The position numbers and the translations under genes are program-made. A model generated the notes under the pieces. The model was given only the letters and a program-made list of their open reading frames with translations. It was not told the origin of the DNA and did not search any database. This document shows, piece after piece, positions 49,302 through 62,118 of a DNA stretch of 64,000 nucleotides. Source of the stretch: Trypethelium eluteriae (lineage: Eukaryota); the NCBI GenBank assembly GCA_051942245.1, contig JAVECL010000039.1:1-64000 (forward strand), read 5' to 3'. The first letter of the stretch is position 1, and each line of letters starts with the position of its first letter.

Positions 49302-51167
49302 ATGATGAATAGCAGGATGGAAACCCCGTCTATGATCCCCATCGCCCTACTCGCTCTGCTGGGTACCGTTGTCTTGGTCAGTGCATGTTCGTGTAACATC
49401 AGGTGCCATGGCAATCACAAGCTCACCATGACGCCTCACAGTACCTCACTTACAATGTGGCCACCATCGTCTACAACGTCTTCTTTCACCCCCTGAGAAA
49501 TTATCCTGGCCCTTGGTACACTGCCGCAAGCAGAGTTCCGTACCTCATCAAAGTCATCAAGGGCGACTACCTGACGTGGAACCAATCACTACACAGGCGA
49601 TACGGACAAGTAGTTCGAGTCGCCCCTGAAGAGCTTAGCTTCACCGACGGCCGTTCATGGAGGGATATTTACGGCCATCGGTCCGGTGGCAAAGGTAGGC
49701 ATCGCAGAGAACCCAATCGGCCTCAGCCCCCACGTTTCTGACTGCAATCATAGTTACCTTCAGCAAGGACAGACGATTCTACTTCATCGGGAATCCAACC
49801 CATCCAGAAACGCCCATACTGGTCATGACCGACGACCAGAATCATCCCAGGGTCCGTAAAGTCTTCAACAATGCCTTCTCTAACTCGGCCCTCCAGAAGC
49901 AAGAGCCGCTCTTCTTAGAACATGTTGATCGTCTTCTGAAAGCCATCGAGCAGAAGGGACCTGCAAAGTTTGACTTGGTGACTTTGTTCCATTACATTAC
50001 TTTCGACATTATGGGCGAACTTGTTTTTGGTGAGCCACTTGGGTTGTTTGACGGTAACGAGTACTATAGAGCCTGGGTCAAGGGCCTATTCTCCGATATC
50101 AAAGCGAGCTCAATCTGGCGTATCGGCTATTATTATCCCTTTTTCCTGAGATTGCTCGAATTTTTGGTACCTAAGAAGCTTCAAGAGGAAAGACTAGAGT
50201 CGTTCCGTCTTGCTAACGCCCGTATTGATAAGCGGATGGCGGAGCAGACAAATCATCCGGATATCTGGAGCTTGTCTGAGCGAGAAGACAAGGATGGCAA
50301 GCCCAGGCTTAGTGTTGGGGAAATGCATGTCAATGCCTCTGGCTTCATGCTCGCTGGTACTGAGACATCCGCTACGGTGCTCAGTGCTATGAATTACTAT
50401 CTCTTGAAGCACCCTGCCAAATTGAAGAGACTGACTGATGAGATCAGTACAAGCTTTACTAGGACCGAGGACATGACGCTAGAGCGCCTCGCCCAGCTCC
50501 CATATCTTGCCGCCTGCATTGAAGAAAGCCTCAGGCTATTCCACCCAGCACCAAACGGCTTTGGGCGCTTCGTGCCGCAAGGTGGAGCGACGATCGCTGG
50601 CCATTGGGTGCCAGAAGGAGTAAGTACTGACAGATATGCTTTGATAGTTTGGCTTTGACTGACCCACCTCATAACGGTTAGACCGTGGTCGCGACGGAAC
50701 ATAATAACACCTACCGCGACCCAGCCAATTTTCGTCGTCCCGATGACTTTATCCCCGAACGCTGGTTTGACCCCGCATTCAACTCTGATAGGAAAATCGC
50801 GTTCGAGCCCTTCTCGTACGGTCCTCGCAACTGCATCGGGAAGAAGTGAGTCTCCAACCTTTTTCTTCAGTCCTTGACGAAGCTCTAAAGTTGTCTTTCT
50901 ATTTCGGAAAGCCGAATCTCTTTCCTGCATCATGGGTCTAGTCTCGTCCCCTCGTGATCTCATTGTCGCAACATGAATGTCAAGCTTTCTGACACGTCCG
51001 TTCCGTCCAGTCTTGCGTACCACGAGTTGCGTCTCATCGAAGCCAAGTTACTCTGGAGCTTCGATTTCCACCTCCAGGAGGAGAGTAATGACTGGCTGGA
51101 CCAGAAGGCATACATGGTTTGGGAGAAGAATCCCTTGATGGTGACCGCCACACCTACCAAACGCTAG
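49302..51167 (+). CDS. Cytochrome P450 (CYP65/Tri11-like), 5 exons
   Basis: N-terminal [19 protein letters not shown] (I-helix), EESLR (ExxR), [14 protein letters not shown] (heme Cys). Confidence 0.95.
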
Positions 51168-51457
51168 AGGTCCTCAAGCGTGCAAGTGGGGCAATATTTT
51201 GCCAATTCGAGATGAAGGAGCAGCGGATGGGACCAATGTGAATAGAGTTACATGGAGTCACGAGGGCGGTAGGTAGGAGGGTTGGAGCACGTCTAGGCAT
51301 ATCTAGATTTCTATGTAATGAGTAGCAAAGCTACGGCCGATCTTTCCACAGTCAATGCAGAACCCTTTTTTATCCTTCTATGCAATGCAGTACCTACGCC
51401 CGCCCATAGATCGTTTTCTCCTTGTACCAGTCTCTGTCGTTCCTCTAAAAATGCGCA

Positions 51458-54400
51458 CTACTCCTTCTTCACCCTCTCCTGTCCATCATCTAATGTCAAC
51501 ATAAAGAATCTTCTCTCCACCGCCTTCAACACCTCGTCAATTGCTATGATCGGCGCACTGATCGCCAGCACCGCGGTCCATTCATTCAGGTTCAGCGGCA
51601 CAATGCCAAACAAAGCCTGCAGGAAAGGAATATAAAGTAGCAGGAAGTGTAATACCATGGATAGGGTGATGGCTGAGACGAGAATCGGATTCTTCCAGAG
51701 AGGCTGCGTAAGGAGGGATTCGGAGGAGGAGAGGGCATTCATGGCGTTAAGCATTTCGATGACGACAAGACTAGGGACGTGAATATTAGTGCCACGGTAG
51801 TAAAATGAGAAGGGGGCCCAGGGAATGAGCGCAGCTTACATAGAGAGAGAGATGGTGGAGGCTGCTTTCGCTTGGTCATTGACGAACATGTCGCAACCAA
51901 TTTGAGCAAACTCGGACTTGCAGCGGTGAAAGTGCGACTGTGGTACAATCCGTTAGCATGGCCTAATCTCGCCTCTTTCTAGCACAAGGAGCTGGACTTA
52001 CCAACTGATAAAAGGAAATCCCGGGTCCCTCAGAGTAAAACATGAACCACCACGCATACCCTCCAACTGTAGCCACTCCAACGTAGGTTCCGATGACCAT
52101 ATACCTGAAGAATAGCCAACCGCCCACGAGCGATTCGTCCCGCTTCCTTGGCGGTCGCTTCATCACATCATGATCTGGGGGGTTAAAGCTCAACGCCGTG
52201 GCCGGTAACCCATCCGTCACCAGATTCACCCAAAGCAGCTGCACTGGTATCAACGCCTCAGGCATTCCCAACGCCGCCGTCAAAAAGATGGACACCACCT
52301 CGCCAATATTGCTACTGATGAGGTAGCGAATAAACTGCTGCGTGTTACTATAGATGCTGCGCCCTTCCTCCACCGCCGCCTCAATAGTCGCAAAGTTATC
52401 ATCCGCCAGCACCATATCAGCCGCCAATCGAGCCACATCCGTCCCGGAACCCATGGCAACCCCGATATCCGCCTTCTTGAGAGCTGGCGCATCATTCACG
52501 CCATCGCCCGTCATCGCAACCACCGCGCCCGCCGACTGCAGGAGATCGACGAGCTTCGACTTGTGGCCCGGTTCAGTGCGCGAGAAGAGCGACGCCCGCT
52601 GCGCCGCCGCGAGCTTCTGGCTCTCGCTCAGATCGTCGAACTCACGGCCGGTGTAGCTCTTGCCGCGCAGGTCCTCGCCGGCGCCGAAGACGCCGATCTG
52701 GCGGCAGATGGTCTCGGCCGTGTTCTGGTTGTCGCCGGTGATGACGACCACGCGGATCCCGGCGGACCGGCATTTGGCGATGGAGGCGGCGACTTCTGGG
52801 CGTGGTGGGTCCAGCATGCCAACAAGGCCGAGGAGGGTGAGGCGTTGTTCGAGGTGCAGGTAGTCTTGGGAGGTCTTGGCGCTTGCAAGGGCGGACTTGT
52901 CGGTGACGTTGTCGAGGCTGGCCAGCGCGAGGACGCGAAGGCCTTGGTTGCCGTAGTCGAGGACTTCTTTGTAGAGGAGGGAAGAGATCTTTTGGTCCAT
53001 AGGGACACGCTTGCCGTTGGAGCCGGTTACGACGAAATCACAACGCTCAAGGATGGATTCGGGAGCACCTTTGACAAGGAGCCGGTTCGTAGCACCTCCT
53101 CCTACAAGCACAGACATGCTCTTACGGTCTCTCGAGAACTCGTAGGTCGATAGTCTTGGGGATTTCGATTCGTAGTATTTGCTTGCGTAATGTAGGCGTT
53201 GGTCAGGAGAGACGCTTGCCCTGGATTCATTATAGGTAGAGACAGGACTGCCGACCTTTTCTACAAGCACGCGGAGTGCACCTTCGGTAGGCTCTCCAAC
53301 ATTGCTGCAAGTGCCGGTCTTGGCATCGCGAGCAAGGTGTGCATCATTACACACAGCAGCAGCCTCAACGATCTGCTCGACGGTCTTGGAGTACTCCGCG
53401 GGATGATTGATATACTTGCCACCGTACGAAATCCTACCGTCCGGATTGAAGCTTGTGCCTTCGACGTCGAATTCCTCCAGCCCGGAACCGTTCTCACTGA
53501 CAAATACGATCTTATTGACACTCATTTGGTTGGTAGTCAGAGTACCGGTCTTGTCAGAACAGATGATGCTGCAGCTACCAAGGGTCTCGACCGAAGGCAA
53601 GCTACGAACGACCGCATTCTTCTGCGCCATTTTGCGAGTCCCTAGAGCGAGACATGTGGTAATGACAACAGCGAGACCTTCCGGAATTGCAGCAACACCA
53701 AGCGAGACGGCAATCTTAAGATAGTAGATGGCGCCTTTTGTCCAGCCACCATGGGAAGGGTCGTTGAAGTGCTGTATGTTGATCAACCAGACTAGGACGC
53801 AAATGACAGTAATGACCTTTGCCAACAAGTCTCCGAAATCGTTCAACTTCTCCTTCAAGGGTGTAGGCTGAGAGATTTGCGACGTGATGCTCTCGTGGAT
53901 ATCGCCGATGGCCGTTGAAGATCCTGTAAGGACCACAAGGGCATTGGCGTGTCCGGTGACCACTGTTGTGCCAGAGAAGAGCATATTGATCTGATCCTGT
54001 TTGACTGATTCAGGATCCTTGACTGGTTTTGTATCTTTACCAACACTTTCACTTTCGCCTGTCAAGATGGACTGATCCACCGCGAAGCTGTTGCTCTGTA
54101 TAGAAAGCATCCTGCAATCTGCCGGAATCCTATCGCCCACAGCGACCGTGATGATATCACCAGGTACCAGCTCTTCAGCCCGTATCCGCTTGACCATACC
54201 ATCTCGTATGACTTTTGCCTCATTGGCAGAATACTCTTGAAGAGCGGCGATGGCCTTTTCAGCGCTACTTTCTTGAGAGACACCAACGATGGCATTCAGG
54301 ATCAGGATTGTAAGAATCTATGTGTAAGCAACATCAGCGACGCCTGGGAAGTTGAGGAAGACGGAGTCAGGTACCACAACGGGGTCGACAAACGCAGTCC

Positions 54401-54706
54401 AATCGCCCTCTTCTTCGAATAGTGCTAGGACAAAGGAGATGGCAGCCGAACCCAGTAGGATAAGGACAAGCTGATCCTTGAATTGATCGAGAATTAACTC
54501 CCACATAGGAGTAGGCGGGTCCTCAGGAAGAGCTACATTTGTAAGTTAGTATTCATCGTCCGTTATATGCGCGGGGATGACTATATACCATTGCGCCCAT
54601 ATTTCTGCGTTTGCTCTCTAACCCGAACACCTGTAAGACCGCTTTCTTCTGTAACATTGAAATGGTTAAGCGCCTCTTGCGACGTCCGAACGAATGCGTT
54701 GTCCAT
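51458..54706 (-). CDS. nca-1: SERCA-type P2A Ca2+-ATPase, 5 exons
   Basis: [63 protein letters not shown]. Confidence 0.96.
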
Positions 54707-55388
54707 TGTGTAGCAAGGTGACGGCTGTCAATTATAAGTTCTCGCGACAGGGCCAGGTTTAACTGTTTGCGGGGCCTATTAAAAGAGAGATGAGAGAACA
54801 GCAAACCGGTTCAAGTTCACGTGTAGGAACGAAACGCGCCGGCCGCCTTCAAAGCTCTTCAAAAACTTGACCTATTTGGTCGGAAGGGCGGTCGCACTCA
54901 TCATTTGGGTTGGGCGTGGAGGGTGAAGAAGTTCGAAAGAATGGGTTGAAAGATTATTTGAGCCGCATAGGTGGCCTCTCTAAACCGGCGACGATCAGCG
55001 CCGAACCCCACAGCCACCTGTGCCACTTTTCAGCCCTATCGGCCCGAGTTGCTACTTACAGCATCCGCGCAGAGTGCGGAGCAGTAGGCGCTCCGTACAC
55101 AGAATCTCGAGCACATCCGCAACTATTTCTATGCATGACTCGTCTTTGCAGCTCCTCGCGCCTCGCCTTCCATGCAAATCGCCGGAAGAACACCGATGGA
55201 GCTAGTGATCAGAGCCTGGCTTCTCGAATGCCTATCATGCTATGTGAAGAAATGGATGTAAGGCATTCAGTATTCAAAATTGGTATCAAGCTTTTTGACT
55301 ATACAGCTGACGCGACTCATGGGAATATCCTACACTGTTTCAAAACCTCTCCCTCTGAAGAGGAAACACAAGCCACTCGAAATGTAAT

Positions 55389-56482
55389 CTACGCGTCGGA
55401 AGCATATGGGCCAAGACCGAACCACATCATGTCTTGGGTACTAGACGGAAACATGAGCTTGCAGAAGATAGAGAGAGGGGAGGAGATCATACCCATTGAT
55501 CGGAACAGTATGTCCAACATTAATTGCATACACTCCTTGCACTGTGCCAAGTGGGTTTTGAGTAGTGACGCCCCAAATGTCAGTCGTGTAGCCGGATTGT
55601 GGGAAGTTGGCCTCGACTTTCTGAGGGCTCTGGGAATTGTACCCGAAGACGCCAGTCCACTGCTTTACCGTTTCGTTGTAATTCTCGGGATAAAGAGTTG
55701 TGTCAATGGAGCCGTGGTACACTTGGAAGCGAGGACGAGCGCCGGTATAACCTGAGTACATACTTTCGGCGATACTTGCCCAAAGTTGTGAAGTAGCAAT
55801 AGAATCGCCCTGTGCGCATGTTGAGTTCCAGGCGTCAACTTGGTTGCTCGAGGAATAGAAGCATCCAGCTGGGACACCGGAGTAGGCCGTCGCTGCAGCA
55901 AAAAGCTCAGGATACGTCGCCGCCATGACATTCTGTCTTGGGTCAGATACTGTTGAATTGAATGGACGCAATGGCAGTGCATCTTACCGTCATCATGGCA
56001 CCGGAACTGGACCCAGTAACAAACACTTTGGTAGCATCACCATTGTACTGACTCAAGGCGTATGTAACCATGTTGGCAATGGCATTACTATCACCACCTC
56101 CGTTATGTGTTAAGGCTGACTTTGACGATACGTCCCAGCAAGTTCCCGAGTATGGTGAGGATGGATAGATTACAATGAATCCATACTGGTCGGCCAGTTG
56201 CGCGTAGGGAGATCCGGAGAAATACGCCTGAGCAGTACCCGTGCAATAGTGAATAGCAACAATGATGGGAGGCTTGGCGACGCGATTGGTCGGGACATAG
56301 ACGTACATCTGCGTCTGTGGGGAGCTTTCAGAGGTGACCTCGTTGCGAAAAGACCATTAGGAACTTACCCCTGTGGGGTTGCTACCAAAGTTTGTAACCT
56401 GCTGAAGCGAAGAAGTTAAGGTGGGCCGCGCAGTCACACAGCTCAGCAGAGCAGTCAAGGTTGTAACGATTGAGAGACGCAT
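55389..56482 (-). CDS. axe1: Secreted CE1 acetylxylan esterase (PHB-depolymerase family), 4 exons, no CBM1
   Basis: Signal peptide MRLSIVTTLTALLSCVTA, SLQQVTNFGSNPT, AIHYCTG, GSSSG (GxSxG), YSGVPAGCF, HGSIDTTL, GHTVP; ends DMMWFGLGPYASDA*. Confidence 0.93.
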
Positions 56483-58503
56483 CTTGGAAACGAAGTTTGA
56501 TCGAGAAACTACTTTTACTACTTTGTTGAATGAATGGATTATGAAGTATGAAGTTTTACTCAACAATCTTCAAAGAAATAATCGGGTACTTATATCCATT
56601 CTCCTCCGTTGCTCCGTGTTGTAGACTCACATGATAGCCAGCTGCAAAACGATATCCGGTAGATAATACAGTCCTGAAAGTAATTAAGAGAAGTGAGCGA
56701 GTGTCACAAATAGGCAGTGATCAGCGTCAGGAAGGGATGCGGGTGGCAGATCTTCTTGGACTTTGAATAATAGACGTGTGATAATTTTCCCACTCGCGCA
56801 TCCACCAAATCCAAAGCCGAGTCCGTCCAAGAACCGTCCAATTGGAAAATGATGAAGGTGGTATGGAGGCAGTCACGCTACCCCAACTTACTCTAGAAGC
56901 AAGAGCTGTAAGGTTTCGGATGCAGGGACAGCTAGTGCAGCCGGCAAAAAAGAGTGTATTAGGTACCTTTGCCCGCTTAGTGATAGTAGTCACTGGGAGG
57001 TTGTTGGATGAATAGCCATCAGGCAAAATGAATGGGTGTCCAGTCTTGTGACCCTCTAGAAAAGTGTCCCGCCAATGCCTGCATATCAGGCTGATTGCCT
57101 AAGCTAGTGCGCTAATATACGTCTATGATAATAAAGCTGCACAATAGAAAATTGGCTTTCATTGGATCTCCGAGTTGAAGCAACGGCAGTGGAAAAAGGC
57201 ATCATTGCTGCAAAGATGAACCTTCTCTTTGCAGTGTCAGACCAAACTGGCGAAGCGAAACCAGAGCTACAAAAGGCAAAGCATGGTAGAAGAAATCCAG
57301 TATATCAACGCAGGAGCACAAGACTTCCGTGTATGAAGAGCACGTCCGGGAGGCCAGACAGCTTGCAATGGTGAGGATGAGCGGAAGAGGAAGACTGAGA
57401 GTACGTGTGTACTCCGTACTGCCCAATACCGTGCACAAAGTTATTCCGTCTTATGTATTGTATTTTACGCACCGCACGGCCCAAGGGTTCGTGGATAATT
57501 AGGCCTCAGGTAGGTTAGGTAGGTACGGTGTCCAACACCGACATCCTATATCTCTCAGCAATACCTATAGGGCTCTCAAGAACTCGTGTCGCTTACGCTT
57601 TGCCAGTCCTTCAAGATGCAAACTGATCATAAGACACACGATCTTGTGCGGCGAAGACTCCGTTAACGATCTTTCGCAAAGCTAAACCACTCGGCGCGCT
57701 GCACAGGGCATCTGTAACTCGTACCATTTCGTTTCTGCTCGAAAATCACAATGTAGGCGATCTATTGGAGATCGGCTGCTTTCTCTCACTGCTGTTAGCC
57801 AGTGCTAATGCTCATGTCATCTCGAATATCAAGCTGTGAAGCTGCTACAGCGTGTTGCGAACGAACCAAAGTGCGCAAAACAGGCAAACACCCAAGGAAC
57901 GAACAATATGACAAGCGATTGTCTTGTGTCGTTCAACCGTTTCGTCATGGATCACAGATCGCAAAGAGCTTACGTGCTGAATCTAGGACCAAGTGGACAG
58001 GAATCTTGGTACCTTAGCGAGCATCATCGACAGCGATATTAGAAGAGCGTACAGAGTGGGTGATTGCTCCTACTACTTACCAACGAGCTGTTCATATGTG
58101 ATCAGTAGTACTTGGTACGTGCTGTGCCTACTTTCGCTTCATAAGCCGAGACCTTCTAGGTAGGTTGAAAAGCAAAGCAGCGACCACATCGCGAACTTCA
58201 GAGCGTGTCGTCCGCTGGAGATTCACTTTGCGCTTATAATGTTCTAAGCGAGATCCTTTTCCATGGTTTGCAATATTCACGTTTTGCCTGCCTAGCCTTT
58301 GCTTTTCTGAGCGTGGGCAAAAGAGTAATCGTACAAGCAAAGGCCACCCTTATCAACGATTGCTAAATCACAAACTCATCCATCACGCTATGCGATATTC
58401 CCTTTTCAACATCGCGACATTACTCTTTCAGGCATAATCTCGTACCAAGAATTGCCTAAACAAAAGCACAAACTCTAGAGTTTACCTGACCCAGACCAAC
58501 AGA

Positions 58504-59259
58504 ATGAAGTCCATTCCTATCGATCCCTCTAATCTTAATATGCTACGTTTCTATCTCGAGCTTGATCGAAACCTTCCCACTCCGTTCGAGGATGCTATCT
58601 TTGTCTGCTATCAGTTCAAGAACAACCAGTCTGGCTGCAACGATGCAGATCGGCTCGAGGAAATCAGTATCGCAACAATGGACAGTCGAGATCTTGATCC
58701 CGCCTCAGTCTTCGATCCAAGATATGTGATTCAAACCCGACAAGCAGTCTTCGGAGCTCATCGGAAGCGTAAAAGAAGGCAAGCGCGGAATATCTTTGGC
58801 GCATTCGAGGAATTCCCGAATGACTCCTCCGCGAATGTGCTCGATTTCCTCTCACAAACTTTACGATTTCCTGACCCAACCACATCACGACGTCTTCGCA
58901 ATATCGTCCTCGTGAGTAGCGGGCTGGAAAGGAGCTCAGATGCGCTGATGCGTCGGCTTGGCGTGAATTGGCATTATTTCGCGCCCATCGTTGGATATCT
59001 TGACCCGCACCTTTTAGCCCGGAAAACCTTGACTCGCAAGGACGTCGGCCCAGCATTTGCCACGTTCAATCTGGTCCACTATTTTGAAATACCTACTACG
59101 AGGGACGGTCACCACAATAAAGATCCCATTGCGGTAGCCACACATGCGAACTGTGTTTTGCGCCTCCTTCTCATGTTGGGACTTATGAATGCTCGTGGCG
59201 AGGACCTCGAACCAAGGATCGCCCGATTAGAGGCCCTCGCGAAAGCGCAATTGGTGTGA
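58504..59259 (+). CDS. QIP/Gfd2-like RNase H-fold (DEDDh) homolog with degenerate catalytic motifs
   Basis: DAIFVC..., EISIATMDSRDL, RNIVLV, YLD and the final helix ANCVLRLLLML resemble the fungal QDE-2-interacting-protein exonuclease domain. Confidence 0.65.
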   Translation: MKSIPIDPSNLNMLRFYLELDRNLPTPFEDAIFVCYQFKNNQSGCNDADRLEEISIATMDSRDLDPASVFDPRYVIQTRQAVFGAHRKRKRRQARNIFGAFEEFPNDSSANVLDFLSQTLRFPDPTTSRRLRNIVLVSSGLERSSDALMRRLGVNWHYFAPIVGYLDPHLLARKTLTRKDVGPAFATFNLVHYFEIPTTRDGHHNKDPIAVATHANCVLRLLLMLGLMNARGEDLEPRIARLEALAKAQLV

Positions 59260-59697
59260 AAGAAACGGCCACTGGACTCGAAGAAAAAGATGGGACATGA
59301 TGATCCCTTGGACGTGGACATGGATTGATCTTGTGCCTTTTTCAAATGATTTGACCTTCGTAGACTTCTGCAGTTACAGCCGTATGCGCTATGGGGAAAC
59401 TTCAAGATGACGATTCAAAGAATAGCATGGTGAAAGAGGGTCTTGGGGACATGCAGAGCGGAGGGCCAAGGTACAAAGCAGAGGCAAAGGGCTATTTAAT
59501 CCCCATGTTGTGTTTGCTAGAGCGGGTGTAGACTTTTCTTGGTCCATCAATAGCGACTTAGCTATCACGCAGGATATTGCTCGATCTGTGCTGCCCTTGT
59601 GCGCATTCTATGAATCGGTATGCAGATTTCACCAAATTCGCAAAACTTCAGAAGCACATACCGTATAATTCGTTTGCTCGTTGTCACTTTATGCTTG

Positions 59698-61899
59698 CTA
59701 CGTAACCACTTCCTCCGTCTCATCAATGATTTCTTCTACAATCTCTTCCACGTACTCCCCGCCTGCTTCGTCGTCCCCATCGACCCCATTGATATCCAAC
59801 TTCTCCAATCCCAGCTCACTCCTCTCCTCCCTCACGTCTTCCTCCGTTGCCCTCCTCCACGCCAACCACTCCTCCAACGCCCTCCTCCTCCGCTCTATCA
59901 CTTCCCGGTTCGCCGTGTTCTTCCGATCCTCATCCTCCTGATCAAACACCCGACTATACTCCCTCAGGTTCTTCCGAATCTTCTTCTGCTCATCCTTACT
60001 CAGCATCGTGGTTGGACGTGGACGCCACAGCAATTGCTTGATCTTCTCGACCGGCTCCTCCCTAAGTAGCTCACCCTTGAAGTCGTACAGGTGGTAGCCG
60101 TTTTCCATCTGGTGTTTCCAGACGCTCGCGGAGGTGATGACGTATCGCCCGGAAGGGTCCCATTCAATGTCAGTCACCCCGTAATGGTCGCCTGTTGCCA
60201 TCAACTGCAAGTTTGCCGTGAGATCTTTGTCCTTCTCCTCCTTCTCGCCTTCAAAATCGAGATCCCAAAAGTCAAGATCGAAGGACTGATTCGAGTGCAC
60301 AGTGGCGACGACAACGAAGCGGCCCTTGGGAGACCAGTAGATGGCATTGCTGTTCTTCTTGTCGATGGTCTTAATGAGCTTGAAATTGCCCACCGCGGGT
60401 GGCTTGACCTTCTCAGGACAGAAGAAGGAGATAGATGTTTTGGGGGGAACGGCGGCGCCAACGGGGACTTCGCCGGCGGTGATGAGGACGAAGCGATCGC
60501 CATGCGGCTCCCAAGCGAAGTTGATGACCGTGTCTTTGATGGCATCGACGACTTCGACGGGAACGCCTTTTTCTTGGACACGGAATATTTCGAGATTAGT
60601 GGCAAGAGATTTTTTAGACTTTGAGTGTCGGTCGACTTTGACGCATACGTATTTCGCGTCAGACTGCCAGTGCAGCTTTGCATCGGAGACATTGAATAAA
60701 TTGCGGGTTCGAACGATTTCTTTGGATGGGATGGACATGAGACCGACCTTGGCGGGATTGGAGCCGAGCTCGGGTGTCCAAAAGCAGAACAATTGTTCGT
60801 AATCTTTCTTGCTATCACGTTGGGGTGTGGCGGGAGACCATTCAAAGTCTATGATACCTTCGATCTTGATGGATTGCTTGTCAAGGAGATTCATGCGGGG
60901 CAGCTCATAAACGGATACAGATTGAGCAGGAGTCATACGGGCGACGTATTTATCGTCGGCGGACCATTTGAAAGCAGGCCATTGAATCTTCTTCTTAACG
61001 GGATTCCCTTCAGCATCCGTGGGTGGTCCTGGGAGGTCAATTGTGACGAAAGATCTGAGGACCTTGCCAGTAGCGATATCCCAGATGATATAGTTCTTCC
61101 CGTCCTCTTCAACAGACAAGATAGGATGGTTCTCATCGACAGTGAGCGGACGGTGTGACCAAGTGACAAGGTAGTTTTCGTTTGGCGAGAAATCGACAAG
61201 GTTGACACCAGGATGTGCGAACCTCATCTGTCTTGTCCAGCTCGGGCCACCCCATAATTGAACACCTTGAGAGTGGACGGAAGTGAGATATGTGCCGAGT
61301 GGCGACCACTGAACGAATGCTTCTGTCCAATGCTCTCGATCTACGCAGTTCTCTAATCCTTCTTCTTTCTCATTCCAAAATACTCCAACCATATCATTGC
61401 GATACATAGCCAGCTGGTCTCGGCCGTCCCCAACCCACCATCGTAGATGCTCCTTCTCAGCAAAGTCGGGCAATACTGGTGCATGGTACTCGTCGTCGAA
61501 GTCTGCGTTCCCATAACGATCGATATCGGTCAATTTGTTGACAGCCATAGTATGCTTCTTGTCCAAAGGAACGCCATGTAATTGCTTAATTGCAGCGGCG
61601 GCTTGATCAGGGCTTTCATATTCGACGAAGGCGAACCCTTGAGTCTTTCCGGAGTCATCGATTGGCATGAACATCTCACCCTTGAGCCTTCCAACAGATG
61701 TGAGTTTCCGTCCGACGAATTTTGTAAGCTTCTCTCGACTCTCTTCCGGCACCACGGGCAAGCCATCGACGACAACGAAAGTATCTAATCCTTCTTCGAG
61801 GTGGACATTATACGCTTCTTGGAGATCCGAAAAGTCGATTTCGTCTTCGTCATGGTCGTCGACACCGTCTTGCGGCAGATCTTGGAAACTGGGTGCCAT
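59698..61899 (-). CDS. prt1: Translation initiation factor eIF3 subunit b, intronless
   Basis: N-terminal RRM (GFAFVEY), [10 protein letters not shown] propeller, WRPRP, KNLREYS. Confidence 0.98.
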   Translation of the reverse strand: MAPSFQDLPQDGVDDHDEDEIDFSDLQEAYNVHLEEGLDTFVVVDGLPVVPEESREKLTKFVGRKLTSVGRLKGEMFMPIDDSGKTQGFAFVEYESPDQAAAAIKQLHGVPLDKKHTMAVNKLTDIDRYGNADFDDEYHAPVLPDFAEKEHLRWWVGDGRDQLAMYRNDMVGVFWNEKEEGLENCVDREHWTEAFVQWSPLGTYLTSVHSQGVQLWGGPSWTRQMRFAHPGVNLVDFSPNENYLVTWSHRPLTVDENHPILSVEEDGKNYIIWDIATGKVLRSFVTIDLPGPPTDAEGNPVKKKIQWPAFKWSADDKYVARMTPAQSVSVYELPRMNLLDKQSIKIEGIIDFEWSPATPQRDSKKDYEQLFCFWTPELGSNPAKVGLMSIPSKEIVRTRNLFNVSDAKLHWQSDAKYVCVKVDRHSKSKKSLATNLEIFRVQEKGVPVEVVDAIKDTVINFAWEPHGDRFVLITAGEVPVGAAVPPKTSISFFCPEKVKPPAVGNFKLIKTIDKKNSNAIYWSPKGRFVVVATVHSNQSFDLDFWDLDFEGEKEEKDKDLTANLQLMATGDHYGVTDIEWDPSGRYVITSASVWKHQMENGYHLYDFKGELLREEPVEKIKQLLWRPRPTTMLSKDEQKKIRKNLREYSRVFDQEDEDRKNTANREVIERRRRALEEWLAWRRATEEDVREERSELGLEKLDINGVDGDDEAGGEYVEEIVEEIIDETEEVVT

Positions 61900-62088
61900 C
61901 TTGTCTGGATTGTCTCGGGTTTGAACAGACTCCTGCGGGGCCTTTAATAGCCCGTAAGGCGCCTAGACTCTGGTGACGCTCGACCTTCTGAGTGGAATGA
62001 CTCAGACTAATTAGTGTAAATAGTCACGGCTTGAATCAAATAGTGACTCGTCGATGCTGAGCAGAGTCAAGCTCTGATGTCTCACAGG

Positions 62089-62118
62089 TGACTTGATCGT
62101 TGACTTGATCGTTGACTT
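62089..62118 (+). repeat. 12-bp tandem repeat (TGACTTGATCGT x2.5)
   Basis: Read directly from the sequence, upstream of eIF3b. Confidence 0.8.

Noticed and set aside
22654..51167. LovD-like esterase, P450 and MFS transporters as a secondary-metabolite cluster
   Set aside because: They are dispersed among housekeeping genes, with no PKS, NRPS, terpene synthase or cluster TF.
51953..51963. TTAGCATGGCC matching part of U6 snRNA
   Set aside because: It is the antisense of a SERCA intron branch point; there is no ACAGAGA box or other U6 sequence.
54910..55755. 281-aa plus-strand ORF
   Set aside because: Non-ATG start, no motifs, and largely antisense to the CE1 esterase.
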